The notes beneath the pieces are model-generated. The model worked only from the letters and a program-made list of their open reading frames with translations, had not been told where the DNA came from and made no database searches. DNA of 64,000 nucleotides. Source: Eledone cirrhosa. Taxonomy: Eukaryota. Positions within the stretch are counted from its first letter, which is position 1. Each line of letters opens with the position of its first letter. Shown here piece by piece: positions 26,123-43,490 of the stretch. Position numbers and translations under genes: made by a program. The stretch spans positions 21,142,001 through 21,206,000 of the forward strand of contig OZ024748.1 of assembly GCA_964016885.1 (NCBI GenBank). The letters run 5' to 3'.

Positions 26123-26765
26123 ATCTTTTCACTCGGAGAATATAAAATTCCCGAGTTCAAATTACGAACTGGCGCTATTCAAAATTGTTCCCGAGATGAG
26201 AGAAATGAAGTGGAATCAATTCTTTCAAGTGCCGTGTGTAAAGATAGAGGCAGAGGCAGGGAGGTCAATCGACTCCCGCTATAACTAGCAGTAGTCAGAG
26301 CGACCAATTATTTTTCTCAACCAAGAGGAGGATAGTAATAATAGAGTATATGTTCCTACACGCACAAGGCGCTAAGGGACACATGTATTGTCCAACCATA
26401 TGCCAATGTGGTTCATATATATACGTATGTATGCGCGAAATAGCATTGCCAAGGGAATCCCAAACGTGCAAAAAAGTTTAATATAAGTTGATCACTGTAA
26501 ATAATTATTGATAAAATTAACCTTGGAGACGAACAAAATGGGGATGACTTATTCAATTAGCTTTCCTATTATTTATAGCAATCGATTGTTATTGTAGTTA
26601 TATTCTGCGTTTGGGACTCCAAATTTCAAACACTTTCAGCGCTTTGATAATTCATAAGACTTGTGTGTCTGAGTGTGTTTGCTCGTATGTGCGTTTGTTT
26701 GTGTTGTGTATGTGTGAGTAGGTGTGCTTGTGTGTGTGTATGCAAGAGCTTGTGTGTACAAGTGC

Positions 26766-26803
<38 letters not shown>

Positions 26804-26982
26804 TCATGTGTATATATATATAGGTAGGTATGTGTGTGTCTGTGTGTACAAGTGTATATATGTATGTATATATGTACATATATATGTGTGTATATATATA
26901 CTAATATATTCCTTACATATACTATACCGTTTGTGTTGTTATTTCTGTCTACCTTTTACACACACACACACACACACACACT

Positions 26983-27014
<32 letters not shown>

Positions 27015-28170
27015 ATGAAAGTAACGAAGATCGCTGTTATAGATACGGCGTCCCCCGGCCAATGTCTAGCTCTCTCAATGAATCAGGTGAATTGCAGTAA
27101 TGCAACTGCAATGAACTCTTCAGAGTGCACACATTTAATTTACTGTAGACACGTTGGCTGTGTTTAGTTAGAGATAGATATAAATGTCTCATTTCCTGGA
27201 CAATCGTTTCTGTGTAATATAACATTACAAATGTAGATATTACTTCTGCAATGTTCAGAAAATCACACAAAATCAGCGGATATTTACGTAATCGGGCTAT
27301 TACACGTCTTCAGCAGGATTGCCCTAATCATACGAGAAGTTCCGTACAGTGCGAGCTAGCCTTCACTACTGGATAAGCTAACCAGCTGTTTATGGCAGTC
27401 CCCAACTCCGCCTCTAATGAAAAGAGGAAGAATTTCTCGCAGACTGTAACACGTGATTTTGATAGTTGAATTCAAACCAAGGAATTCACGCCAAAACGAA
27501 GAACTCAACCGGCTTCTAGCATATGTGGATACATACATAACGAGGTCCATGCATATATATACATATATATACAAGCAAATAAAATCTGATTTGTGATATA
27601 AAATCAAATATTCAATACTCAAAATTTAATTTTAGGAGCCATAAACAAGTGTGTAGGTGTGTGTGTGTGCGTATGTTTGTCGATGTGTGTATATGTATGT
27701 GTATGTGTATGTGTGTGCAATTTATTCGTTGCCTTTACGCAGCGGTCCCAAATCTGTTTTCACGAAACATTCCCTAATGTTGACAAGTTCATAAGATCGT
27801 TTCTAATGAAATCGTGACGTCAATCCTCTCAGTGAACATCCACCTTAGATATGTAAACCTTACACAAACACATCTCACTCAATCACTCGAAAAATAGCTG
27901 CCCAAGAGATCGACATTTCACCTTCACACACATACACACACACGCACACACACTTCATTATTTATTTACTATAAAAACATTACTATATCCTCTATCACAT
28001 TTAGTCTTATTATTGTAAAGTTCAGCCGACTTGACATAAAATGATAGGTATTTTTTTTTTTAAAGTCATCAATCTTATATATAACGCATCTACATCCATA
28101 TACGTTCCAGAATATATATATATATATATATATATAGGGGGGGGGGGCGTGTGTGTGGGGGGGGGGGGGG

Positions 28171-28201
<31 letters not shown>

Positions 28202-28279
28202 ATATACATATATATTTATCTATTATATATATATATATATATATATATACGTGTGTGTGTATATACATATATATTTATC

Positions 28280-28326
<47 letters not shown>

Positions 28327-28377
28327 TATATATATATATATGTGTGTGTGTATATATACATACATGTGTGTGTGTGC

Positions 28378-28460
<83 letters not shown>

Positions 28461-28904
28461 TATATATATTATATATATACATATACATGTGTGTGTGTGT
28501 GTATATACATACATGTGTGTGTGTGCGTGTATATATATATATATATATATATACATACATACGTGTGTATGTGTGTTTGTGTTTGTGAGTATATGTGTAT
28601 ACATTATCTATATATATATATATGTATATATAGTCATACACCATATCAGTATCACATATATAAAAGAATGTAGGTTTTCGTGTTTACATAAAAGTCCCTG
28701 AAAACACAAACTCAGACACATAAATATGCATGTATACATTTCAATGCACAAGATCCTTTCTATAGACAGATACATTGTCAACCACATTGACGTAGACCTA
28801 AATATATAAATATATACACACATTTGTGACTGTTTCTATGCCTGTACGTGCGTGTGTATGTCTGGGTGTATATCCTGATATACATATATATGTGTGCGTG
28901 TGTA

Positions 28905-29065
<161 letters not shown>

Positions 29066-29133
29066 TGTATATATATATATATATATACAGTATATATATA
29101 TATATATATATATTTATATACATATATATACAT

Positions 29134-29169
<36 letters not shown>

Positions 29170-29188
29170 TATATATATATATATACAG

Positions 29189-29222
<34 letters not shown>

Positions 29223-29245
29223 TATACATACATATATACATATAT

Positions 29246-29333
<88 letters not shown>

Positions 29334-29345
29334 TATATATATACA

Positions 29346-29409
<64 letters not shown>

Positions 29410-29422
29410 TATATATATACAG

Positions 29423-29499
<77 letters not shown>

Positions 29500-30499
29500 A
29501 TATGAGCTATGATGTTATTTCCATTCAAGCTGTTGCTAACAACATTGAGTATCTGACATCCAACTCCCAAGTTACACGTTATCGCATTCCCATACATACA
29601 CCCTCTCCTCTCCCTTCTCTCTCCTTTCTTCCCCCACACTCGACACAGTTCCAAACTTCCCACAGAGCCCTGCCCCATCCCCAAACAGTACCACTTTCAG
29701 CATACAGCTTCACTTTTCTCACACATTTCCAGTTTTTCCCACAAAACCATTCACCCCACAAAATACCCACCTTCACGTACAACAGACCCCCATCTTCATA
29801 ATGTCTCACCCTTCATATCTTTCCCTCTCAATTCCAGCACCAACCCACACATAATTATACTCTATGGAGTCGCACCCTTGTCGTAATTCCCAACATAGTG
29901 CCATGTTTCCAGAGCCTCCCCCACCCCAACAACCTCCCTTCTATTTAACTAAACCCTCTCCTCACCAACACCAGCCCTCTCTCCTCCCCAACACCCACAA
30001 ACTCCTTCTATCCAACACCGTCCTCTCTCCTCCCCAACACCACCTATGTATCCAACACACCTCTTCCTTCCCACATCCTCCCTTCTCCCCTACACTCCTC
30101 TCACCTCCCCAACACCCCCCTCCTTCCCACACACACACACAGTAATCTATCCAACACCACCCCCTCCTCCCCAAAACACCACCGTCTCCTCCCAAACACC
30201 CCTTCCTTCCCACACACACCCCTCCTCTCCTTGCCAAACATTACAATGCCATCATCTCTATAGAGTCCTCCTGTTTCCCAGAGTGTTCCAACGTTGCCAG
30301 TTAAAAGCCAAACAAACACAATCCCCAGTCACAACAGAGAGAATCTATTTAAACACCTCTTTCACCCGTCAACTTCCTTGTTTATTTTAAGTCAAATTCT
30401 AAAGATCCCTTAGCATACATAATTAGTCGCCAGCCAATGTTTATGTATCTATGTATGTGTTTATACATTTCAGTTTTTATATATGTACACACACATATC

Positions 30500-30531
<32 letters not shown>

Positions 30532-30936
30532 TATATTAAGTGAAATTGTGCATGTTTGAAAGAATGAGAAAAAGATATGTGTATATGTATGTATAAATGT
30601 GTGTGTGTATAACTACATATACGTTTGTATCTATATATATATATGTGTGTGTGTATATGTGTGTGTATACACTTATACACAAACGTACACAATATAAGTA
30701 TACATACATATTGCATGCTGAGATTTTTTCTCAAAGAGTGAAGAGTCCTACGCATTTTTCATCAAGAAGAAAGAACAGCCATTTTCAAAGATTTCAATAG
30801 AAACTCGTTGACAAAAAAAATATCAGTTTCCTTCATTTGAAAAACATTTCTGATATAGGCATCGTATTACCTACTTTACAGACAGGGAGTTCTGTATGTA
30901 TATATATATATATATATATATATTGTATATATATAT

Positions 30937-31053
<117 letters not shown>

Positions 31054-31088
31054 TTATATATTCATATATATATATATATGTATATATA

Positions 31089-31141
<53 letters not shown>

Positions 31142-31150
31142 GCATATGAG

Positions 31151-31267
<117 letters not shown>

Positions 31268-31302
31268 TTATATATTCATATATATATATATATGTATATA
31301 TA

Positions 31303-31355
<53 letters not shown>

Positions 31356-31368
31356 GCATATGAGTATG

Positions 31369-31430
<62 letters not shown>

Positions 31431-31431
31431 C

Positions 31432-31463
<32 letters not shown>

Positions 31464-31493
31464 ACATATTTATATAAACTCACTAAGACACCA

Positions 31494-31611
<118 letters not shown>

Positions 31612-31614
31612 ATA

Positions 31615-31691
<77 letters not shown>

Positions 31692-31846
31692 TAAAGTAGT
31701 CGTTGTATATGTATACGTATTGTGCGACTATTTTTAATGTTTCTGTTGCTTGCTAAACATTGTTATCAGCGTGTTTCGAGTGTATATTGACAGACCTTTC
31801 AAAGCACTCCAAAAGATAACCTATTGATACATCTCTATTGCTATGT

Positions 31847-31881
<35 letters not shown>

Positions 31882-31913
31882 TATTCTATGTATGTATGCA
31901 TGTATGTATGTTT

Positions 31914-31950
<37 letters not shown>

Positions 31951-31953
<3 letters not shown>

Positions 31954-32193
31954 CTAAGGCGGGTAAAATTCTCGAGATCTCCATATTTCTTTTCAATGGC
32001 TGACAATACCTTACCGGCGCCACTCGAATAAGGTAGTTATTTAACCCATAAATGGAGCCCTAACAGGTACTACCACCCCGGGCCAGGGCAGACCTGGGAG
32101 TCATGACAACAAAGGGGTAACTCCACATTCCCCACATCTCCTGAACTCCCGAACTGGAGCCTTGCCACCGGATGTAGTTTAATGTCATACCCA

Positions 32194-32198
<5 letters not shown>
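31951..32198 (-). mobile_element. Short non-autonomous retroelement sharing its 3' end with the RTE LINE at 8822-9092
   Basis: Minus strand ends gatctcgagaattttacccgccttagc(ta)n versus LINE gatctcgggaattttacccgccttaga(ta)n. Confidence 0.7.
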
Positions 32199-32250
<52 letters not shown>

Positions 32251-32253
<3 letters not shown>

Positions 32254-32442
32254 TTAATATAGATGAGATTCTACAGGACTAGAACTGTTTCATTCTTTAG
32301 AAATCATCAGGATTCCTGATGATTTCTAAAGAATGAAACAGTTCTAGTCCTGTAGAATCTCATCTATATTAAAACTTTTATACTCTGCAATGTATTGAGT
32401 ACCTTACTTACTGTGGTTACCTCCGATTCAACCCGGAATAAC

Positions 32443-32444
<2 letters not shown>
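32251..32444. mobile_element. Family A fold-back hammerhead mini-element (tail on right)
   Basis: Perfect arms about 32251-32311 / 32315-32375; CTGATGA-t-ttc[taaa]gaa-t-GAAAC-agttct-a-GTC. Confidence 0.88.
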
Positions 32445-32490
<46 letters not shown>

Positions 32491-32613
32491 GTATATATAC
32501 ATTTCTATATGTATTCCTAACGATCGACTTTCGTCAAATCGGACCGAGGAAACAGTGTTTCCATTGGTCTTTCCAATTGCTAATACTATCTATCGGTCGC
32601 AACAGGTTTCTAT

Positions 32614-33201
<588 letters not shown>

Positions 33202-33208
33202 TATATAC

Positions 33209-33293
<85 letters not shown>

Positions 33294-33408
33294 CATATAT
33301 ATATACATATATATATACATATATATATATATACATATATATATACATATATATATACATATATATATGCATATGTATATATATATGTGGATATATATAT
33401 ACATATAC

Positions 33409-33495
<87 letters not shown>

Positions 33496-33634
33496 AATAT
33501 ATATATGTATATATACATATATATACATATATATATACATATATATATACATATATATATATATACATATATATATACATATATATATACATATATATAT
33601 GCATATGTATATATATATGTGGATATATATATAC

Positions 33635-33733
<99 letters not shown>

Positions 33734-34430
33734 CAAATGCGTGTGTATGTGCGTCTGTGAGTATCTGAATGTGTGTGTGTTTAAGAATGTACTGCATTAT
33801 TATTTCTTTCGCAAATATTATAATATAGGTATGTATTCATTGATGTGCAATACAGAAGATTGCAACATATATAAATATACGTCCACACACATGCATATAT
33901 AAACAAACATATATATATAGATATACACACATATATATATATATGTGTGTGTGTGTGTTTGTTTATATATATATATACATATATATTGATATATATATAT
34001 AGAGAGAGAGATATGTATTATATGTATATATCTATATATATCTATATATATATCTAGAGTTGCATGTATAAAATATGTACATATATATACATACATATAT
34101 ATGCTTGCATACATACAAACATACATACATACTTACATACATGCATACATACACACACACATACATACATACATACACACATACATACATACATACATAC
34201 ATGGATATACACATACATACATGGATATACACATACATACCTATTTACGCACGTACATACATACACAATTACATATATACACACACATACATGCATGCAT
34301 ACATACACACATACATACATACATACACACATACACACATACATACATACATATACACATACATACCTACTTACGCTCGTACATACATACATACACACAC
34401 ACTTACATATATATACACACATACATGCAT

Positions 34431-34493
<63 letters not shown>

Positions 34494-35069
34494 TACTTTC
34501 TTACTGACACTGGTACATACGTACATAAGTGTCACCATTATCTACTCACCGCCACTTAACGGTGTTCCATAACACACTTATTCTCTTTTTAAGATCTGTT
34601 TAAGATCTACGTTTATTAAATAAACCTTAGATGTTGGCATCTATGGTTTATTTACAAACTCATTTTTCACTGCTTTTAATATAAGAGCATAGCTCTATCT
34701 CCTATACCACTACTGTAACTGTTGTGTCAGTTGGCGTGTATATCTGCCTGCTTTTTCTTCTTGTTTACGTGGTAGAATTCTACGTAACAAGGTAAGATAT
34801 AAAACATTTTAGGGCATGATACAGTGTTAATGATGAGAATATCACATGGAAGTAAAATGAAGTCTGTTGTTTGTAGCAGGATGATATGATATAAAGGCAT
34901 CGAACGTTGTTTGGTATTTAACCCCTTAGAATCTAAACCGGCCATATCCGGCCAGAATCATTCACCTCTTTCTGTTCAACCTGGCTGTAAGTGGCCACTC
35001 TCATACTGATGTTAAGGTACTGTTCTCAAAATAAATAATATCAAAATCTCCTATATTCGATATAATTGT

Positions 35070-35242
35070 TTCTGCTATTGGCACAAGGCCATCAATTATC
35101 CCAGTGCATTACTGGTACTATATTCTATCGACCCCGTAAAGATGAAAGACAAAGTTAACCTAGGCAGGATTTGAACTCCATAAAGGGGCGTAACTCTATG
35201 CTGGAAAGCATGGCGTCCGACCCTCTACCGATATTGCCAATC
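35070..35242 (-). mobile_element. CORE-like (OK-like) SINE
   Basis: ggcacaaggcc...actggtacta...tatcgacccc...gatgaaag...atttgaactc...tccgaccctctaccgata is the reverse complement of the 8641 family. Confidence 0.8.
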
Positions 35243-35449
35243 TACAATGTGAGGTATAGCCTTTTTTTTCTGTGAAAATACAATAGTATTTATAGAGTAA
35301 TGTATATGGTAAAGGGATTAAAACTACAGAGTCTGATCTAGATATCATGTTAAACAATAGAAGATTACGACAAGTTGAAAGAGTTGATTAATTCATTGTT
35401 TTATGGTCGTTTCAGTGACAATGTTCGCCTATTTTGGATTACAGGTCCA

Positions 35450-35580
35450 TTGCTTCAACTGAATGGACTGAGGCAGAAGGAAATAAAGTGTTTTGTTTAT
35501 GGACAAAACTCAACGCCAGCAATCGAACTAACGACCTTGTGATAGCTATCCAAACACACTAACCACAAAGTGACTCGCTT
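35450..35580 (-). mobile_element. Degenerate tRNA-derived SINE
   Basis: Reverse complement shows gtggttagtgtgtttgg...ggtcgttagttcgatt...cactttatttc...cagtccattcag. Confidence 0.65.
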
Positions 35581-35588
35581 TACACACA

Positions 35589-35635
<47 letters not shown>

Positions 35636-35696
35636 ACACACCCTCACCACCCACATACACTTCTTTGTTATATATATATATATATATATATATATA

Positions 35697-35788
35697 GGTT
35701 TTAATATAGAAGAGATTCTACAGGACTAGATCTGTTTCATTCGTGAGAAATCATCAGGGATCCTGATGATTTCTCACGAATGAAATAG

Positions 35789-35792
<4 letters not shown>
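35697..35792. mobile_element. Family A fold-back remnant
   Basis: ttcattcgtgagaaatcatcagg / cctgatgatttctcacgaatgaa; left arm helix III loop agatct. Confidence 0.8.
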
Positions 35793-35849
<57 letters not shown>

Positions 35850-35851
<2 letters not shown>

Positions 35852-36554
35852 AAATTAAGTTAAATTAAGGGTGTCATGTCAGATAGACATGCGCCATATC
35901 ACCCGTAAAATATGCTCCAAGATTCCAATGAATAGATCCAAGCATTTTATATCAACTCGAAATTGATTGACATATAAATATATCTAAAATAAACATATGA
36001 AACCATCACAGGGGATAATTTGTAAAAGTGTGTAAGCACACACAGCTACCTTATAAATTGATTAATTTTCCTTGTATATATTCCATTAAAGAAATATATA
36101 ATCGATTAATTGGTGAAATATATTTCACCAATTAATCGATTATATATTTTAAAGGACTTGACTGTTATTTCTAGTTGTCGATAACCCTATTCACGCCACT
36201 GGGACGAAGCTGGTACGATGTGTGTATTTTTAGTAAATACAGCACGTCTTACTGGCCAGTCGCTGATTTGAATTTGATGCGTAAACACAGATAGTTAGTC
36301 CTCTTCCTTGTTGAAAATCCAGGATCTGGCTATTGTCGTTTACCAATCGATTAATTGGTGAAATATATTTCTTTAATGGAATATATACAAGGAAGATTAA
36401 TCAATTTATAAGGTATCTATTTTTTAAGTTCTAGTTAAACTTTATTTAGTTACCTACATAGTTATGTGTGCTTACACACTTTTACAAATTATCCCCTGTG
36501 ATTGTTTCATGTGTTTATTTTAGATATATTTATATGTCAATCAATTTCTAGTTG

Positions 36555-36557
<3 letters not shown>
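35850..36557. mobile_element. Fold-back element with a nested perfect palindrome
   Basis: Outer arms about 35949-36098 / 36363-36557; inner palindrome 36093-36148 aatatataatcgattaattggtgaaat|atatttcaccaattaatcgattatatatt. Confidence 0.75.
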
Positions 36558-36585
<28 letters not shown>

Positions 36586-36589
36586 TATA

Positions 36590-36720
36590 ACAAAGAAGGT
36601 GTGGTATAAAACCAGGTGGACCAGAGTACTCGATACTTAGGGTAGTAGAGTGGGTAATAGTTCGGATCTAGCTGTCGATACTGCCGGAGCTCAGCCGTCG
36701 GGGTCCTTACTCTTTTTCTA
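36590..36720. mobile_element. Rearranged family B remnant
   Basis: gagtactcgatacttagggtagtagagtgggtaatag and gagctcagccgtcggggtcc match 21757-21945. Confidence 0.75.
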
Positions 36721-36844
36721 TATATATATATATGTATGTGTGTGGGTGTATGTGTGTATGTAGATATATACATATATGCATACACACATACATACATTAA
36801 TATGCTTTTATTTGTTCCTGTTCGGGGGAATAGTTTAAAATGCC

Positions 36845-36906
<62 letters not shown>

Positions 36907-37061
36907 TTTTAATAAATATGTAATTTAGCCAGGCTGTAAAAATAAACAAAAAGGCTACATTGCATATCTTATCTCCCCAGGGACAGAGATCGATATCTGT
37001 GTCATTAGCTTATGGGTTTCCCTGACATTCGTCAATGAATGTTTATAAAAATTGCATACTT

Positions 37062-37176
<115 letters not shown>

Positions 37177-37182
37177 ATACAC

Positions 37183-37214
<32 letters not shown>

Positions 37215-37405
37215 ATATATATGTATTATATATATATATGAATACATACATGCATACATACACACACTCACACTCACACATACACATATATGCATATATG
37301 TATATATACATATATGTATATATACAAATATATATATATATATATACATAAATATATATATACATATATATATATACACTTTTATATATCTATATATATA
37401 CATAA

Positions 37406-37466
<61 letters not shown>

Positions 37467-37474
37467 TATATACA

Positions 37475-37560
<86 letters not shown>

Positions 37561-37848
37561 TATGTAGGTGTGTTTGTGTGTTTGTGTGTACATGCATCCG
37601 GCTGTGTGTTTATGGGTGTGTTTGCGAGTGTCTGTGTATATGTTATGTATGTGTGTTGGAGGTGCGGCGCCTTGGTGATGAAGCATTAATATATACAGAG
37701 TAAGGCTGACTCAACCTTACTCTGTATAAACAATATCCACAAACGTATGTGAGGAGAGATTCGCCATTTTATGTCTAGTTTCATCAGGTAAACAATGTGT
37801 GTGTGTGTGTGTGTGTGTGCGTGTGTGTGTGTGTGTGTATGTGTGTGT

Positions 37849-37931
<83 letters not shown>

Positions 37932-37958
37932 CGTGTGTGTGTGAGTGTGGGTGTGTGT

Positions 37959-38024
37959 GAGCGTATGTAAAGCGAGTCACTTTGTGGTTAGTGTGTTTGG
38001 ATAGCTATCACCAGGTCGTGTGTG

Positions 38025-38063
<39 letters not shown>

Positions 38064-38184
38064 GTGTGTGTGTGTGTGTGAGTGTGTGTGTGTGTGTGTG
38101 CGTGTGTGTGTGAGTGTGGGTGTGTGTGAGCGTATGTAAAGCGAGTCACTTTGTGGTTAGTGTGTTTGGATAGCTATCACCAGG

Positions 38185-38249
<65 letters not shown>

Positions 38250-38333
38250 AGTGTGGGTGTGAGTGCGGGTGTGTGTGAGCGTATGTAAAGCGAGTCACTT
38301 TGTGGTTAGTGTGTTTGGATAGCTATCACCAGG

Positions 38334-38372
<39 letters not shown>

Positions 38373-38397
38373 TGTGTGGGTGTGTGTGTGTGTGGGT

Positions 38398-38436
<39 letters not shown>

Positions 38437-38490
38437 CGTATGTAAAGCGAGTCACTTTGTGGTTAGTGTGTTTGGATAGCTATCACCAGG

Positions 38491-38537
<47 letters not shown>

Positions 38538-38623
38538 CGGGTGTGGGTGTGAGTGTGGTTGTGTGTGAGCGTATGTAAAGCGAGTCACTTTGTGGTTAGT
38601 GTGTTTGGATAGCTATCACCAGG

Positions 38624-38630
<7 letters not shown>
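37959..38630 (+). repeat. Five identical ~60-bp SINE-head units separated by variable (TG)n
   Basis: gagcgtatgtaaagcgagtcactttgtggttagtgtgtttggatagctatcaccaggtcg at about 37959, 38128, 38277, 38434 and 38567. Confidence 0.95.
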
Positions 38631-38711
<81 letters not shown>

Positions 38712-38893
38712 GTGTGTGTGTTTGTGTGTGGCCTTTCGCTATGAATGTTAATGTTGTTACCATCGTCACAGACCCATCCTCAGCAAAAACAGAGGGGAGT
38801 AATCGACGCGTTTCTCGCTCATTAGCGAGACTACATAACTGTTCGTCTTTGTTGAGGCTAATAAAGCGCATATACATATATATATATATATAT

Positions 38894-38942
<49 letters not shown>

Positions 38943-39006
38943 GGGGGGCGATAGAGAGAGTGGGAGAGAGTGAGATAGAGAGGGGGGCGATAGAGAGAGA
39001 GTGGGA

Positions 39007-39063
<57 letters not shown>

Positions 39064-39161
39064 CGTATTTCCAAAGAAATACGGTTTTAGGATGCCGTAG
39101 TTATGCAAAAACCGGGGAGCTGACGCCCTCTGGTGGTGTCCAGCAGAAGCAAGGGGCACAA

Positions 39162-39203
39162 CCGTCTATGCATTTCAGGCTTGACTGGCCTTCGTCAGGA
39201 CGA
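39162..39203 (-). ncRNA. Minimal type I hammerhead ribozyme, inside repeat 39060-39330
   Basis: tcgtc-CTGACGA-aggc[cagtcaa]gcct-GAAA-tgca-TA-gacgg; second copy at 45492-45535. Confidence 0.85.
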
Positions 39204-39526
39204 TCCCTCCCACGGCTTGCCACTGCTGGACTTGAAAACAGCCGAGAATATATATGGGGAAAGAGAGAGAGGGGGAGAAAGGGAGATGCGAAGCTGTAGA
39301 TGTTAAAGGGTCCTTGATTTATTGAGCCGTTATATATATGTGTGTGTATATATATGTGTGTGTGTGTATATATATATATGTATATATGTATGTATATATA
39401 TGTGTGTGTGTGTATATATATATATGTATATATGTATGTATATATATGTGTGTGTGTGTATATATATATATGTATATATGTATGTATATATATGTGTGTG
39501 TGTGTATATATATATATGTATATATG

Positions 39527-39722
<196 letters not shown>

Positions 39723-39736
39723 TATATATATATATA

Positions 39737-40265
<529 letters not shown>

Positions 40266-40290
40266 TATATATATATATATATATACATAT

Positions 40291-40332
<42 letters not shown>

Positions 40333-40775
40333 GCAAGAGTGTCTATTCTATGTAGCTGTATTTCTAAATATACTCCGTTTTGTATTGCACGCATGCGCAT
40401 CAGATCGCTATAATTATAATTGCTTTAAAGAAGACAGCTTATAAATCACTTCAACGTTTTTTACCATTAACGATAAGTGTTCTTTTTTTTGGGGGGGGGG
40501 GGGGTAAAAAGTAATGAAATATTAATATATTTCCTATATCCCTAAAATAATTCTGAACATTTCAGAAGTAGTCAAAAACTCAATTTTTCAAAAATACTGA
40601 ACATTTGTTATATTAGAATACTGTTTCAGTGCAAAGTTTCAGTAAATGAATAAACGTTGCAATTATATAAAAATACAATTATTCATCCATAAAACGTTAT
40701 ATTTCGGTGACAAGTAACCCTGTGACTAAGATGGAACAGCCACGGCTGTGGTGTCGCTAGTATAGTTTATCTAGA

Positions 40776-41242
40776 TCACCAACAACAACACCACCAACAA
40801 CAACACCAGCAACAACAACACCACCAACAACAACACCAGCAACAACATCAGCAACAACATCAGCAGCAACAGCAACACCACCAACAACAACACCACCAAC
40901 AACAACACCAGCAACACCAACAACAACAACACCTGCAACAGTAACACCACCAACAACAACACCAGCAACAACAACACCACCAACAACAACAACAACACCA
41001 GCAACAGCAACACCACCAACAACAACACCAGCAACAACAACACCAACAACAACAACAACAACACCAGCAACAGCAACACCACCAACAACAACACCAGCAA
41101 CAACAACATCAGCAAACAACAACAATCACAACAACATCAGCAGCAACAACAACTGCAACAACAGCAACAACAGCAACAACAACAAAAAGAATACAACAAC
41201 AACAACAACCACAACAACAACAATGACGACGATGACGACGAC
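40776..41242. repeat. (CAA/CAC/CAG)n compound trinucleotide repeat
   Basis: Directly visible. Confidence 0.95.
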
Positions 41243-41324
41243 ATGAAATTTATTTTGTCTGATATACAATATGGCAGCATTTATTCTCTTTGCTTAACAA
41301 AGACATCCATGAAATCTGTTATAC

Positions 41325-41372
<48 letters not shown>

Positions 41373-41775
41373 TTTTGTGTGTGTTTTCTCCTTTATTCTC
41401 TTTCTCAGTGGCTGCCATCAAAACTGGAGAACTGCATCATTGTAACGGCAACACGTTATTTAACGATGTAACAATATAACTATATAACGATGTAACGATC
41501 TAATGGTCTAACGGTATAACTATGTAACGATATACCAACATTTATTACACATTTCTCAAAGATGTCGTCGACGTCCTTCCACACGTATATATATAGTACA
41601 AGTCTCGTTTCGAATAAATATCTCATTTCTATATTATTACAACAATTCACCTTTGTTATTTCAGTCAATCTTTTTCCTAACAATCGTTACTCGATAAATT
41701 GCTGTATCACTATTCAATCATCTCACAATAATCGCTGTCCACCGACGTCCGACCGATACAAAAGTTGTATTACAC

Positions 41776-41880
<105 letters not shown>

Positions 41881-41922
41881 TCTATATATGTATGTATGTA
41901 TGTAACATATATATATATATTT

Positions 41923-41977
<55 letters not shown>

Positions 41978-42028
41978 TATAATATAGTTGTTCAAAGAGG
42001 AAAAAAGAAACTTTATAGACAAATAAAC

Positions 42029-42129
<101 letters not shown>

Positions 42130-42311
42130 GAGAGATAGAGGGGGTGTTAAGTAGATAGATAAAAGGTGGGGAGAAGCATCTGCGAGGTTAACGCACGCAC
42201 TCGGTATCCAAAAGATGCGTTGTTCGTTTCCTCGCCGGCACCTTTCTGAATTTCCAGATTTTTATCCAGTTTTATCAACACTCTATATTGATCGAAGGCC
42301 GTTGGTTTGAC

Positions 42312-42920
42312 ATTATCGGTAGAGACTCGGACATGTTTAGAGGCATAGAGTTACGTCCCGTTTTGGTCTGAGTTCAAATCCCTCCGAGGTTAGATTTGCA
42401 TTATATCTCAACCAGATCGGTAAAATAAAATATCAGTAACGCACTTGAGTCAATTTAATCAAATTTTCACTCCTCTAAAATTGTTGGCCTTGTGCTTGAA
42501 TCAGAAATCAATTTAGGTCAATGAAATATAGTACCAGTAAGGCACAGGGGTCGATTTAATCCATTTTCTCCTTGCCTTCCAATTATTGACCCGGTGGCAA
42601 ATGTAGACACAATAATTTATAGTAAACGCTTTGTGGTTAATAGAGATATTGTTTACTTTGCCTTTCACTTTCATCCTTACGGGGTCGATAAAATAAAGTA
42701 CCAGTAATGCACTGGGTTATTGCTGGCCTTGTGCCAAAAGTAGATGGCAGTATCGGTAGAGGGTCGGACACCATGCTTTGACGCATAGAGTTACGGCCCT
42801 TGCCATTCTGAGTTCAAATCCCGCCGAGGTTTACTTTGCCTTTCATCCTTACGGGGTCGATAAAATAAAGTACCAGTAATGCACTGGGTAATTGCTGGCT
42901 TTGTGCCAAAAGTAGAAACA
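42312..42920 (+). mobile_element. Cluster of CORE-like (OK-like) SINEs: 42312-42510 diverged, 42650-42743 partial, 42744-42920 near full-length
   Basis: Repeated ctgagttcaaatccc and cctttcatccttacggggtcgataaaataaagtaccagtaatgcactggg. Confidence 0.85.
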
Positions 42921-42929
42921 ATTATTATA

Positions 42930-43490
42930 ATTCTGGACGTCGACGAAAATCAACTAGCCAATCTCTTCGGGAGAACTTTCGGGCCGGGGCTCATGAACAA
43001 CTTCCAGAAATGCCTGGCCTGGCAGTGCTACCGAGGAGCTTTGCCAGGTCTGAAAGGGTTGAAGACGGGTACTTTCCTTTTCGGTGACGCCCTCATTAAC
43101 TTTTTCAGGTTTCACCTGAAAAGGAAAATCAGGGTGGAGAGGGAAGTGCTGCCTTCCAGTCAGTTTGTTGAAAGGTGGGTGAGAGAGGCAAAAATGGCCC
43201 GTGTGAATGGGTCTACCCTGAGCGTGTGCCTGTAGTATCGTAGGAGGTAAACTGGAAGATCCACAAATGATTATCGGAAGTCTCCCCCCCCCCCCCCCCT
43301 ATTGGGGAATTTTTCCTTGTTTCTTTTTTTGTTATATCCTCTGTTTTTGATTTTATACATATAATTTTTTTTTTTGTTTTTTTTTTACACGCAGAAATGC
43401 CCATTTGTACCGTCCTGTGCTGTCCTTAATGTTATACTTTGTGTCAACTCATATGGTTAATAAAGAACGCATTATTATATTATTATTATT
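42930..43490 (+). pseudogene. Tx1/L1-like LINE 3' end: ORF2 C-terminus, 3' UTR, aataaa and (att)n tail
   Basis: LAWQCYRGALP...FFRFHLKRKIRVERE......FVERWV; a homologous, diverged copy lies at 61840-62295. Confidence 0.6.

Noticed and set aside
27270-27320. Minus-strand CTGAAGA with gtaat/attac stem
   Set aside because: GAAA replaced by GTAAA and helix I absent; at best a decayed ribozyme.
37959-38630. CRISPR-like repeat-spacer array
   Set aside because: Spacers are (TG)n, the repeat is a SINE head, context is eukaryotic and no cas genes are present.
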